Assembly: GCA_951406725.2 (NCBI GenBank)
Contig: CATOCA020000026.1
Coordinates: 1-53,376, forward strand
From: Octopus vulgaris
Lineage: Eukaryota
Length of the DNA stretch: 53,376 nucleotides
Reading direction: 5' to 3'
Shown here: positions 40,813 to 53,376 of the stretch, piece after piece
Position numbering within the stretch: the first letter of the stretch is position 1
How the letters are laid out: each line of letters opens with the position of its first letter
The notes under the pieces: generated by a model
Told to the model about the DNA's origin: nothing
Seen by the model: the letters and a program-made list of their open reading frames with translations, nothing else
Database searches by the model: none
Translations under genes and position numbers: made by a program

Positions 40813-41212
40813 TGTATTACATCGTTCTATAACACCAGAGACGATGGTTGCCCCTTCTCTATACATTGCCGAAAACTCTTTGTACGTGTTCGAGCGGAAT
40901 CGAGAATGTTCCGATGAAGCGTTTGACATTGCACAGGAATCCTTTTGTTTTACAGTTTGCAGGTTTCACTGTTCCGTTTTTAGGGCTTTCGAAGTAATTT
41001 CTGCCTCAGATTTATGAAGCTTCAGTCAGTGAGGTTGTACAGGAAGATTCCCTTTTACAGTTCATTGGTCGCCTCCATGGCTCATTGGTTTATAGTTGAA
41101 TGGGAGTTTTTGTGGATAGTTTCATAGCGTGGCAGTCATGTTTATATAGGCCGCTTTTAATTTCCCCTGTTTTTAACTGAACTCATTCCTGTACGCGTAT
41201 TTGAAAGTGTAC

Positions 41213-41264
41213 GTGTGTTTATGTGTGTGTGTGTGTGTGTGTGTTTGTGTGTGTGTATGTGTGT

Positions 41265-41357
<93 letters not shown>

Positions 41358-41361
41358 TGTG

Positions 41362-41412
<51 letters not shown>
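41213..41412. repeat. (TG)n microsatellite
   Basis: Direct reading. Confidence 0.97.
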
Positions 41413-41414
<2 letters not shown>

Positions 41415-42974
41415 TTTGTTCACTGACTCTAATTAGATACCTGAGATTCGATTTCTGAAAACGTTAATGTGTAAATGGCGTTAGTATTCTAGTAGCGTTG
41501 GCACTCTCGAGTTTTTATCATCCGTACTACTTCATCATTGTCTATACTCTTTGTAGTTGGGACCAATTTCGAAACTGACTTTATTTAGGTGTTAGCAGCA
41601 TAATATAATCTCACTCATTTCTCTTGTTAAGGAAAAGTGATTATATTGCATTTTTATGCATTTTTATGCACCGGGTTACACAAGCCATCATTTTCCATTT
41701 GGGTTCGTATTTATGTCCTTCTGTTCTCATATAGATTCATTCGGAGGTGTGCGCACGCGATATTAAATAGACACAAAAAAAGGTATCAGATAATTGTGGC
41801 ATCTACGAGACATTAGAGAACTAATTGTAGACACAGCAGCCAACATATGCTTTTTTATGTTGTGGTTCCGTTCCCACCATTCCTTTGGCCTCCATTCAGT
41901 AGCCACGGTAGTAAAGAGAAATACACCTTTTACCATGGGCGTGGCAACGTATATACAAATATATAAAAGAAAATGCCCCACGCTAATACCCTGTGGCTCA
42001 GAATGCTGTTCAGCAAATTTCCGGTTTATGATGTTCTTTGCGTCGACTGATATACATCTACGGATATATTTACGTTGTTTTCATCGGTGCTTATAAACAT
42101 GGACAGCGAGTTGCAAACGCTTGGTTGTTCGATCTTGCTCAGCCCTATTCCAGACAGATCTTGAAGATCTCCGTCTTTCTGTTTAAAATATATGTATTTC
42201 GTAAATTTAACAAAGTAATGCCAGTTATGTACAGGGGAGAAGTACCACGTATTAAGTGAACTCACAAATATTCAAGCTGACAAGTTGTTTTGCACGTAGT
42301 CACTTAACCTTCTAAATATAGCATCCAAATTTCCCTTAAATGACATCCGACCACTTTAAAAAGACCACGTTTGCATGAAAACTTCACTGGATAATCTATT
42401 ATTAGAGGCATTGTTTAAAATTGATGGGGTGATGCCAGGTGGAAGGATTTGAAAACTAGGACTGCACCAGTCTGACCACTTTCAGAGTGGGGCCGTTCAG
42501 ACCACGAATACTAGCCCTTTTTCCCTTCTATACTTCATAAAATCATACGCATACATTGACTTGTAGCTGTTTAAGATAAACTTGGCCGGTCTTGGAAAGA
42601 CATGGCGGTCATAGTTCGATGCTTTTGAACAAATTTCTTCTTCATCAAAATGGACGTGCATCTAAACATTGAAATATTTTAAACAAGAAGACAGAGATAA
42701 TGTCAAAGTGCTGCCATGAGAATAAGTTTTATCCTAAAATAGCAGACCAATAAAGCAAAACTGAGTTGGCGGTAGTTTTGCACTCGCTACCAGAGTCGTT
42801 GAACATCAATGCAGAGACCGCCATACAATCAAACAAAGAAAACTACTCTCTCAGACAAATTTCAAGATTCATATCGATTAAACTTAAATATACAAAACTT
42901 CAATATACAACAAGATATATATGCCTACATCAGTAGTTATACATTTATAAGACACATATGCGTATATATATATA

Positions 42975-43290
42975 TTTAATTTTATTTGTTAGGGAATAAA
43001 AATTCCGGCATAACAGAGGTTCAAATTATTCTCAACGAAGAAATATATTTTAATTTAGAAATAGTAGGCCCCTACATCTCACACAGAAAAAAAAGGATTT
43101 TTAATTTTTATTTTAAATACCTACTTGTTTTGTTACTTGGCAACACGTGTTTCATGAGGTACTCCGAGTTTTCCTGGAACTCTTCTTAAAATGTAACCCA
43201 ATCATCGGGCCCTTATATCACTTTATCAACGTTCAGTGCAATAAACTATATTCTAATTTTATAAAGCCCTTAAGTATGTGTAAAATAGGT
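42975..43290 (-). mobile_element. Penelope-like element inserted in (TA)n
   Basis: GAATAAAAATTCCGGC..ACAG..TTCAAA..ATTCTC similar to 26415-26475; hammerhead at 43139-43211. Confidence 0.6.
43139..43211 (-). ncRNA. Type I hammerhead-like motif
   Basis: GGC-CCGATGA-TTGGGT..ACCTCAT-GAAAC-ACGT-GTT|GCC: stem I GGC/GCC, palindromic ACACGTGT, U4 is C. Confidence 0.6.
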
Positions 43291-43689
43291 ATATATATAT
43301 ATATATATATACATACATACATATATACATATATATATATAGATGGATGGATGGATAGATGGATGGATGGATAGATGGATGATTGGATGGATGGATGGAT
43401 GGATGGCCATATCTATTCCGTGGTGTGCATAAAATAACGACCCTTCAAAAGTACAAATATGCAAATTAGGTTGTCTGCTAATGTACCAGCCTAATGTTAC
43501 AATTACATTATATAACATTATATAACAGCTGACTTGTGTTACTGATTGAGCAATAAAGCCGAGTACATTTTCTCAAACCATGAAACTGTCCGGCAAGCGA
43601 TTCTTTTTTTCAAAGCATCAGTAACGAAGAAAGAATCTGTGTTTGCATTATTAGTTCGCCAACGGAGAGGCTTTCTAATATCGGCTTGA

Positions 43690-44108
43690 AATTTTGGCAC
43701 AAGACCGGCAAGTTCGCGGGAGAGGCAAGTACCAGGGCTCCGCCGGTACCTATTTTATCGCACCCCCCCCCCCGAAGAGATAAAAGACATCGGTGGAATT
43801 TGAACTCAGAGCGTAAAGACGGACGATGCCGCTAAGCATTTTGCTAACGATTCTGCCATTCGCCACGTCTATAGCAGTAATAATGATAATAATAATCCTT
43901 TCTATTATAGGCACAATGCCTGAAATTTGGTGGGAAGGGACTATTCGATTACATCGATCCCAGTGTTACACTGGTACTTAATTTATTGACCCCGAAAGGA
44001 AGAAAGGCAAAGTCGACTTCGGCGGAGTTTGAACTTAGAACATAGTGGCAAACGAAATACCGCTAAGCATTTCACCCGGCGTGCTAACGATTCTGCCAGC
44101 CTGCTGCC
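43690..44108 (-). mobile_element. Two tandem SINE family A copies (about 43690-43865 and 43895-44108)
   Basis: Reverse complement of family A. Confidence 0.85.
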
Positions 44109-44228
44109 TTCATAGAAGAAGAAGAAGAAGAAGAAGAAGAAGAAGAAGAAGAAGAAGAAGAAGAAGAAGAAGAAGAAGAAGAAGAAGAAGAAGAAGAAGA
44201 AGAAGAAGAAGAAGAAGAAGAAGAAGAT

Positions 44229-44632
44229 AATAGGCCTTATATAACGATTGTAGATAAGGAAAAGCGGCGTTGCTTGTCGAACCATCCTTCACGTTTGATT
44301 CAAGGATCTTAAAGAAAGAAAAAGAAAAAATACAATCCCTTAAACTTTGAAATAGGAAGAATTTGGAGCATGCGAACAGTAAAGGTCGCGCCAATAATAA
44401 TTGGGGCGTGGGGGACAGTAAACCAAGATATAGACAAATGGCTGAAGGAGATTGAAATAGAATGTCCGGTGGAGCTCCTGCAGAAAGTTTTTATCTGTTC
44501 AGGACAGCAAGAATTATTAGGAGGGTTCTCAGGACTTGAAAACCTGCAGCACCGAAAACCTGTGGATACAGGTAGTAACTCGCTACCTACATAATTCCTG
44601 CCAGGAATAAGACCGAACATGAATCAAACCAA

Positions 44633-44633
<1 letters not shown>
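44229..44633 (+). mobile_element. R4/Dong-like LINE 3' end with (TAA)n tail
   Basis: NRPYITIVDKEK (RPD motif decayed)..KYNPLNFEIGRIWSMRTVKVAPIIIGAWGTV..LLQK. Confidence 0.85.
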
Positions 44634-44715
<82 letters not shown>

Positions 44716-44743
44716 TTGGAAGTGTTATCATGTACATTGTTTT

Positions 44744-45220
44744 GTCTTGGTATAAAAGATGGGCTACAGCAAATATTCTGCTCAATACCACAGATTTGCT
44801 TGTCAGTTGTTTGACCTTAAACAGTTGAGCATGTCCCTTAGTGGCTGAAGATATGTGCATCTCTGATCAAGAGCAGAAGTAGTGGGGGAGCATCATAGCC
44901 ATGTGTTGAGAGGGATTATTTGTGGTTTGAATAATTAACCTCTGGAAACATGGGTGGTTCTTTCAACATCCTTAAACAACCGTTATTCAGGGACCGCTTG
45001 AGCGGGATGGGCTACTCGACCTGAAGAAAATTCTAACTGGGCCCCACCTGCAAGGTCATGTGCTGTTTATCTTGATATGAGATCACCATGTCGCGCACAT
45101 ATGGTTGTGATGCATGTGCCTGGTGTACCTTTATCAGACGGGTAGTCATGATGGGTATACTGGACTTCGTATATTTTACCCCAGTGTCACTTTGATGGCA
45201 TGAACTGCTCTCTCACTCAA
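44744..45220 (+). mobile_element. Family D repeat, second copy, with (TAA)n tail
   Basis: Reverse complement of 1455-1930. Confidence 0.85.
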
Positions 45221-45221
45221 A

Positions 45222-45313
<92 letters not shown>

Positions 45314-45319
45314 CAAATT

Positions 45320-45523
45320 TAAGCACAAAGCCAGCAAGTTCGGGGAAGGGAGTACGTCGTATTACATCGACCCCAGTCATTTACTGGTACTTATTTTATC
45401 GACCCCGAAAGGATGAACTGCAAGGTTGACCTCGACGGAATAATGAACTAAGAACGTAAAGATGAACAAATGGCCCCTAGACAATTTTCCCGGCGTGCAA
45501 ACGATTCTGCAAGCTCACCGCCT
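45320..45523 (-). mobile_element. SINE family A copy
   Basis: Reverse complement of family A. Confidence 0.85.
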
Positions 45524-45544
45524 TAATAATATAATGTGAGAGCC

Positions 45545-46050
45545 TTGCACAAAAAGAATACAAGTGCCGCCACGATAAAGTGTGTGTGTGTGTATCTTCA
45601 TTGGCTCTTATGCCGTAAATACCAATATGAAGTAACAGAGAACTTGGATGAGCATGTACCAAGTAAAGTTATGCAGGAGGATGGAAAAGTAACGATACTC
45701 TGGGACTATGATTTTCAGATGGATCGCGTAATCGAACACCATCGGCTGAATATTGCCGTATTGAATAAGAGAGACAAATACTGTCAGATCATTGGTGTAG
45801 CCATACCAAATGACATGAATGTTGTGAGTAAAGAGGTTGAAAGAATCACTGAATACTCCGAATTGGAAGTGGAAATGGCAAGACTGTATGGAATGCGAAA
45901 GGGTAATGTAAAAGTGATACCAGTGGTGATGGGAGCGCCGGGCTCAATCCCATAAAAATTTAAGACTTCTTAAGGCAACTGGAAATTCCATGCAAGATGG
46001 ATGTCTTGCAAAAAGCAGCCTTATTGGGCACAGTGCACATCTTAAGGGAG
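45545..46050 (+). mobile_element. R4/Dong-like LINE RLE domain fragment
   Basis: LHWLLCRKY..ILWDYDFQMDRVIEHHRLNIAV..VAIPND..YSELEVEMARLY..IPVVMGAPG..LQKAALLGTVHILR. Confidence 0.88.
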
Positions 46051-46059
46051 AAAATCAGA

Positions 46060-46225
46060 GATCGTAATACTAAATCTAACCAGTTCGTGGCAGTCACGAG
46101 GCCAGACATCCCTGAAATTTTCATTCAAATCCATCTCGCGGTTCCTGAGATATCTTATACACGGATACACAAACAAACAAACACGACTGAAAACAATAAC
46201 TCCGCCTTCGCTAAGGCGAAGGTAA
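46060..46225 (-). mobile_element. Helentron-associated (HINE/DINE-1-like) element 5' fragment
   Basis: Minus TTACCTTCGCCTTAGCGAAGGCGGAGTTATTGTTTTC (short inverted repeat), GTTT microsatellite, GATATCTCAGGAACC..GATTTGAATGAAAATTTCAGG. Confidence 0.65.
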
Positions 46226-46844
46226 GAATGGGCGACATAAATCTTAGTTAATTGGTTTATTCCTTCAGTCACGCTTTATATTGTACAGAGAAACTGAGGG
46301 AAGAGAGAGTAAAAGAGAAATAAAGAAAGAGTAAGGAATTAATGTAAATACGGGGAAAGGCCGAGTAAATGACTGGGTGATTAAGGGAAGATTTATACGA
46401 CCATCGGTGTCGGTGGTGAGATGGTGAGATGGTGGGGCAGGAGACTCAAACGACGCTTAGCAGGGAGCTCCACACCCCTAACCATGTCGAGGATATCAAC
46501 ATAGAATCAACTGCATCCCCACGAGACAATATCTACAAACGAGAAGCTAATACCATGGAAAGCATCCAGCAAATAGACAACTCCAACCACAAGAGTATTA
46601 AAGTAACAGGAGTCTACCCTAGTAAGCACCCCGACTACAGACCACCTGTTTTAGTCACCGAACTCTGGTTGTAAACTAGAAATAACAAGATCCAAATCCT
46701 TCATTCGCACTGTGCCAAACCCTTAGCCTCCCTCCAAATCCCTGGCCCACCGGAATGCAGCAGTTACAGATAACACCAAGTTTGAATATCCTAATGGCGA
46801 CCTTGATGAGGGTAATGAGAAACGCGTCCCGCATACGCGACCGT

Positions 46845-47000
46845 CCTTCCAAGCATTTCCGGCGGAAGTGAGCCAGAACGTTAAAACTTCATGCGCATGC
46901 GCAGCAGAGTTCAAGATCAATCTCTGCCCAGCGGCTTCACTCTGCGTGCTTTAATTTCGTTACTATGGCAACCGTCCGGATATTTATTGATCAGACCACA
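46845..47000. mobile_element. Solo arm of the long-inverted-arm mariner family
   Basis: Matches 19855-20017 and 35838-35982. Confidence 0.85.
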
Positions 47001-47325
47001 GATATATACACACACACACACACGCACACACACATATGGATACACACACACACACTGCGACGATGAGGCATACCTACATCGAACTAATTTTAAAATAGTT
47101 CAAAAGAATTGACAATGATTAAGAGAAATATAAAATACCTTTCTACCTTTCCAGGTTCTGTGTCTAATTACCAAACATGCACACACGCACACCTACACAT
47201 AGACATACGCATATTTACACGCACACACACACACACACTCATACACACACACCACATCGCACTCCATCACACAGAGACGGAGGCATACGAATACATAGAG
47301 AAATAGAACGGATGAAAGTTTCACC

Positions 47326-47763
47326 GAAGAAGAAGAAGAAGAGGAAGAAGAAGAAGAGGAGCCAGAGTTTCATTGATAGTGAAGAAGAAGAAGAAAGAAG
47401 AAGAAGAAGAAGAAGAAGAAGAAGAAGAAGAAGAAGAAGAAGAAGAAGAAGAAGAGGAGGAGCCAGAGTTTCATTGATAGTGAAGAAGAAGAAGAAAAAG
47501 AAGAAGAAAAAGAAGAAGAAGAAGAAGAAGAAGAAGAAGAGCCAGAGTTTCATTGATAGTGAAGGAGAAGAAGAAGAAAAAGAAGAAGAAGAAGAAGAAG
47601 AAGAAGGAGGAGGTTCAGTGATAGTGAAGAAGAAGGAGGAGGTTCAGTGATAGTGAAGAAGAAGGAGGAGGAGGAGAAGAGCCAGAGTTTCATTGATAGT
47701 GAAGAAGGAAGAAGAGGAGAAGAAGAAGAAGAAGAAGAAGAAGAAGAAGAAGGAGAAGAAGAC

Positions 47764-47794
<31 letters not shown>

Positions 47795-47803
47795 AAGAAG
47801 AAG
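47326..47803. repeat. (GAA)n tract punctuated by a repeated 26-bp unit
   Basis: GAGCCAGAGTTTCATTGATAGTGAAG at 47359, 47460, 47539 and 47679. Confidence 0.95.
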
Positions 47804-48809
47804 AAAACTACGACGGTGTTGACGACGATGACGACGATGACGACAACGTGGTCTTTATACAAAATGTCTATTGTAAGCCAGCTGACAAGTGTAGATATAT
47901 AATAGTGTTTCCATTGTATAACTTCATTGAGTCGTCCTCTCATAAGCGGTACAAATATGTCTACGTGACTTCCCAGCTCCATTAGCTTGCAGCAGACGAC
48001 CATATGTACCAGTCAATGCTCTCACTTACTACCTCTCCCCTCCTCTCTCTCTCTCTCTTCCCTCTCTTTTTTCTCTCTCACTCTCTTCGTCACGCTTTCT
48101 ATCGATAAATATCTCGTTCGTCCCTTTTCACATCCTCTTTCATTCTTAAAGTCTAGCATTTTTCTTTTCCTCTTCACCTATTTTCACTATCCGTTTCAGA
48201 ATTAGTTCATGCGACCTCCTCTTTGACCTTCATTCTTCGCTGTTACTCGTTCCTCTTTCTCCTTCTCGCTCACTCGCTCTTCCCCCTTCTCTCTCACTCT
48301 TTCTCTCTCTCTCTGTCTCTCTCTCTCTCTCTCTCATTGTCTATCCCGCTTTCCCCTTCTCCCACCCTCTCTCTGTACACAAAGATATACACACACACTC
48401 TCTCACACACACACGATTTTACATACATACATACACATACACACACATACATACATACCTTAAAGTGTTTAGTCAAACAATTTCGACCCCAAGATATATT
48501 TTTAACCTTGTACTTATTCCATCAGGCTCTTCGGCAGAAAAGTTGCTAGGTAACGCAGACGAAAGTGTAAGTCAGTTGAATTTCAACCGAGACTCGAACT
48601 CGGATTGCTGTATTCAAAATCCAAAGTGCACGCCATTACATCTCAGAATCACTATGTAATTATGCGTGCATATATCTGTCTGATGTTTGTTATTGATCTT
48701 CTATAATAATAAAGCGGTATCCCTTAATACCGACCAGAAATGTTACACAACAGACGTTATTTTAACGAATACATTCTGTAATCACATGAAAAGACACATC
48801 TACACCGAC

Positions 48810-48871
<62 letters not shown>

Positions 48872-48967
48872 CAGAGGTTCAGTATTCCACCAGTGGGAGA
48901 TCGATGCTAGAGATGGGTCGAAACAATTGCAATGATCAATAAACTTTCTCGCATTTTCCATCTTACG

Positions 48968-49004
<37 letters not shown>

Positions 49005-49367
49005 CTAGCAGTATCGCCCGGCGTTGCTCAGGTTTGTAAGGGAAATAACTATAAAGCATTTTTAGAGAGTTATAGTCAAAAAATAGCAAAAAAATGGAAT
49101 AAAATGATGGTAATTTTTTTTTTGAGATTTAAAAAAAGGTGGAGTTTGTGGTTTGTGTTTCTGATTCTCGACCCCATGTCGAATTTATCGATTTTTTTTC
49201 AGAACTGGGGGAACTTTTCAAAATTTTCGCTGCGTTAGTTTTGAATTATGACATTGGGCTATGTGTGTGTCAAGTTTCATCAGAATCGGTTGAAAGCCGT
49301 GGTCAGGGTGAGGGTACAAGCAAACAGACACACAGAAACACGCACAGACAAACTGCCGTTTATATAT

Positions 49368-49372
<5 letters not shown>
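49005..49372 (-). mobile_element. Complete non-autonomous Helitron
   Basis: A|TCTCTATATATAAACGGCAG 5' end, GTCTGT-rich tract, 3' hairpin CCTGAGCAACGCCGGG then CTAG|T; inserted between A and T. Confidence 0.85.
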
Positions 49373-49463
<91 letters not shown>

Positions 49464-49465
<2 letters not shown>

Positions 49466-49635
49466 GCGCAGAGTAGATTTGTGGCAAGAAGCCTCCTTCC
49501 TAACCACATGATTCCGGGTTCAGTCCGACTGCGTAGCACCTTGGGAACGAGTGTCTTCTACTATAGCCTCGGGCCAACCAAAGCCTTGTGAGTGGATTTG
49601 GTAGACGGAAACGGAAATATATGTATATATATGTA

Positions 49636-49683
<48 letters not shown>

Positions 49684-49830
49684 TCTCCGTAACTTAGCGG
49701 TTCGGCAAAAGAACCAATAGAATAAGTACTAGGCTTACAAAGAATAAGTCTTGGGATCGATTTGTTCGAGTAAAGGCGATGCTCCAGCATGGCCGCAGTC
49801 AAATGACTGAAACAAGTAAAAGAACAAAAG
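49464..49830 (+). mobile_element. Full SINE family B
   Basis: Head to tail with internal (TG)n. Confidence 0.9.
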
Positions 49831-49831
49831 A

Positions 49832-50430
<599 letters not shown>

Positions 50431-50755
50431 ACACAGAAACGCTTGTACCTTTCTTTAAACAAATGGAATGTGAAATGAGTGCTCGATAAATATTGTAGAG
50501 GACATGGTTTATTTTATTGAAGCCGAAACTAAGATTGTGCCTCGTGACTCGTGTTTCCTGTACATACACACACACACACACACATACACACACACACTGC
50601 ATACATACATACACATATACACATACATACATACATATACATACATACACACACATACATACATACATGCATACATGCATACATACATACATATACATAC
50701 ATACATACACACACACATACATACATGCATAACTGCATACATACATACACACACA

Positions 50756-50787
<32 letters not shown>

Positions 50788-51469
50788 CATACATACACAC
50801 ACACACATACATGCATAACTGCATACATACATACATACTTACATACATACATACATATACATACATACACACACACACATACATGCATAACTGCATACAT
50901 ACATACATACATACATACATACATACATACATACATACATACATACATACATACACGCACACACATACACACACATACACAGGATCCAACCGGCACCCAG
51001 ATTCATTATATACTCTTTGTATTTTCCAATCCTAAATCCTAAATTTTATTTCTAGTTTCATTCGTTTGAAGGAAACGGATTTTTTTACATGATGTAATTG
51101 ATTTGTTTATCAATAAAAAAACACGTCCTAAACAGCTGTAGTGACCCTCAGAACACTTCTTTCTTTACACATGCATACATAAATACACATACACACAGGT
51201 TTCTGTGTGTGTGAGTGTGTGCGTACGTGTGCAGGTCCACTGCATGGCACCATGGGCAAGTGTCTTCGACTATAGCTTCGGTTCGACCGACATCTCATCA
51301 GTAGATTTAGTAGACAGAAATTAAAAGAAGCCCGTCGTATATACGTGTATTTATCTGTGTGTGTGTGTGTGTGCGTGCGCGCGCGCGTGTGTGTGTGTAC
51401 CGGTTTGCGTAACATTTATGATGTAAATACAAACCTATAGTAGAACTAGCTATAATATTTTCTCTCAGA

Positions 51470-51866
51470 AAGGCGGCATATTGGCAGAAACGTTAGCACG
51501 CGGGCGAAATGCATAGCGGTATTTCATCTGTCTTTGTGTTCTGAGTTCAAATTCCGCCGAGGTTGACTTTGCCTTTCATCCTTTCGGGGTCGATAAAGTA
51601 AGTACCAGTTACACACTGGGATCGATGTAATCGACTTAATCCGTTTGTCTGATCTTGTTTGTCACCTCTGTGTTTAGTCCCTTGTGGATAGTGAAGAAAT
51701 AGGTATTTCATCTGTCTTTACGTTCTGAGTTCAAATTCCGCCGAAGTCGATTTTGCCTTTCATTCTCTCGGGATCGATAAACTAAGTACCAGCTGCGTAC
51801 TGGGGTCGATCTAATCGACTGGCTTCCGCCTCAAAAATTTCGGGCCTTGTTCCTTGTGTAGAAAAG
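51470..51866 (+). mobile_element. Dimeric SINE family A element with 16-bp TSD
   Basis: TSD AATATTTTCTCTCAGA at 51454-51469 and 51867-51882; two box-B/core modules. Confidence 0.9.
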
Positions 51867-52049
51867 AATATTTTCTCTCAGAGAAACTTCTCAACATGAC
51901 TTTAAATCACAGGGCTTCGTACAGGACGCTTGTGGGGTTGACAAAAAACGTATAAATCAAGTAGTCTGTCAAAGAAAACGTACGTGAGTGTGGAGAATCT
52001 GAAACTCTGGTCCAGCTTTTCGTAACAAGATTCATAATGAAAGTCTTAC

Positions 52050-52111
52050 GTTCGTCCAGTGATTCGCCTTTCTTCTAAACCTGCTTCAGATGACGAGTAT
52101 TCCAGCGCCAT
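52050..52111 (-). CDS. Candidate first coding exon of an unidentified minus-strand gene (MALEYSSSEAGLEERRITGR-)
   Basis: Kozak-like AATATGG, open frame to donor AAC|GTAAGA at 52050/52049, unique DNA; no downstream exon identified. Confidence 0.3.
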
Positions 52112-52224
52112 ATTATAAGCAGAGCAATATAGGTGCACAAGAAAAGGACAATAAAAAGAGCTACACATATTAAACCGAAACCATCTGGAAAATCGAGTTT
52201 TCGATGGACTCCAAACGTCTCCAT
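52075..52224 (-). CDS. Candidate 49-aa single-pass membrane smORF/uORF
   Basis: METFGVHRKLDFPDGFGLICVALFIVLFLCTYIALLIIWRWNTRHLKQV*; long uncharged hydrophobic run followed by basic residues; below the ORF-track cutoff. Confidence 0.35.
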   Translation of the reverse strand: METFGVHRKLDFPDGFGLICVALFIVLFLCTYIALLIIWRWNTRHLKQV

Positions 52225-52794
52225 ACAGCATTTCACTTGCTAGTCTTTGTCTGCAACGCAAAACATTTCCCCCCGGAACCTTTCTTGTATGTGTCTTTAG
52301 ATTTTTGGTTAGATCCTCTTCTGAGATGGAGTTCAACAATTCACCCCCCCCCCCCAGTTCTTTGTATTTATTTAATTTTTTTTCATTTTTTTTTGTTTGT
52401 CTGTTGTTTTTGTTTACTTCATCAACTCACAGTTTTCAGTTCGTAGAACAGAGTAATTGAGGAATTGGTCTGTGTGGCAAGAACAAACGTGGCACTCTGG
52501 GATTAAGTAGCGTTTCGTGAAAATAAAGAACCGAATATTGTAGTTGCATAAAATGTTTAAATCAAATTTACCAACAAAACCAACAATTGTATGAACAACC
52601 TCAATGACAACAACAGCACAGCAACAACAACAACAACAACAACAACAACAACGACTGGGATAATAGTAGTAACAGCAACAGCAACAACAACACAGTTTCT
52701 TTCCTTTGCATACTGCATATCACACTGTTATACGATCACTGTATAGCGTCTAGACCAATTTTACGGTTCGGTGCTGTTCACTCCGACACAGATA

Positions 52795-52932
52795 AACACT
52801 CACTCACTCTCACACTCTCACACTCACTCACTCACTCACTCACTCACTCACTCACTCACTCTCACACTCTCACACTCACTCACTCACTCACTCACTCACT
52901 CACTCACTCTCACACTCACTCACTCACTCACT
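52795..52932. repeat. (CACT)n microsatellite
   Basis: Direct reading. Confidence 0.95.
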
Positions 52933-53133
52933 CGGTTTCTCGATTCTGTCTTCCTCTCCGTTTCTTTCTCTCTCTCTGCTTCTCTGATTCTGTGTATGTG
53001 TGTGCGTGTGTGTGTTTGAGTGCTTGTGAGTGTGCGTGCATGTATACATGTATATGCGGTGTATGTAGTATGTACGTGTGTGTGTGTATATATATATATG
53101 TGTGGGGGGCGCGTGTGTGTGTGTGTGTGTGAG

Positions 53134-53197
<64 letters not shown>

Positions 53198-53376
53198 TTT
53201 CTCGTCGTTCAAACATAAATGCGTGTCTGTGTCTGGGCGTGTTTGCCCTTGCTTGGGTGCACGTGTGTGAATATGATGGATCGGTGAGTAAGGGTGTGTG
53301 TGTGTGTGTGTGTGTGTGCGGTGTGCAAATGCAATGGGACAATATATATATATATATTATACACATACACACTCAC

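Noticed and set aside
40815-41155. Possible minus-strand RTE 3' remnant
   Set aside because: Only vague motif resemblance; too decayed to call without a search
44841-44900. CTGANGA box in family D
   Set aside because: No correctly placed GAAA and NUH partner
46795-46832. Hammerhead-like TTGATGA..GAAACGCGTC
   Set aside because: No stem II pairing and weak stem I; probably chance
47359-47704. CRISPR-like repeat-spacer array
   Set aside because: Spacers are GAA microsatellite of variable length; eukaryotic context; no cas genes

Overview
Eukaryotic, repeat-saturated window with no intact protein-coding gene, no rRNA, true tRNA or CRISPR array. The SINE families and microsatellite density suggest a coleoid cephalopod, probably Octopus (inference). 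Nearly all ORFs in the track are translations of microsatellites. Supportable content: about 30 tRNA-derived SINE copies (several modular families, some with TSDs, nesting or dimer structure); decayed RLE-type (R4/Dong-like) LINE 3' fragments clustered in (TAA)n or (CATA)n tracts; RTE and CR1 LINE remnants; a Gypsy integrase pseudogene; mariner derivatives; hAT MITEs; and Helitron/Helentron non-autonomous elements. The most interesting signal is a set of short AT-rich non-coding elements inserted in (TA)n tracts that carry type-I hammerhead-ribozyme-like folds with palindromic helix III (Penelope/retrozyme-like). One has a SECIS-like hairpin directly upstream and one is arranged as a long inverted repeat. 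There are also candidate host-gene pieces: a minus-strand first coding exon overlapped by a 49-aa transmembrane smORF near 52.1 kb, and plus-strand exon candidates at 13.4 and 33.2 kb. All calls are from manual reading, and coordinates of decayed elements are approximate.
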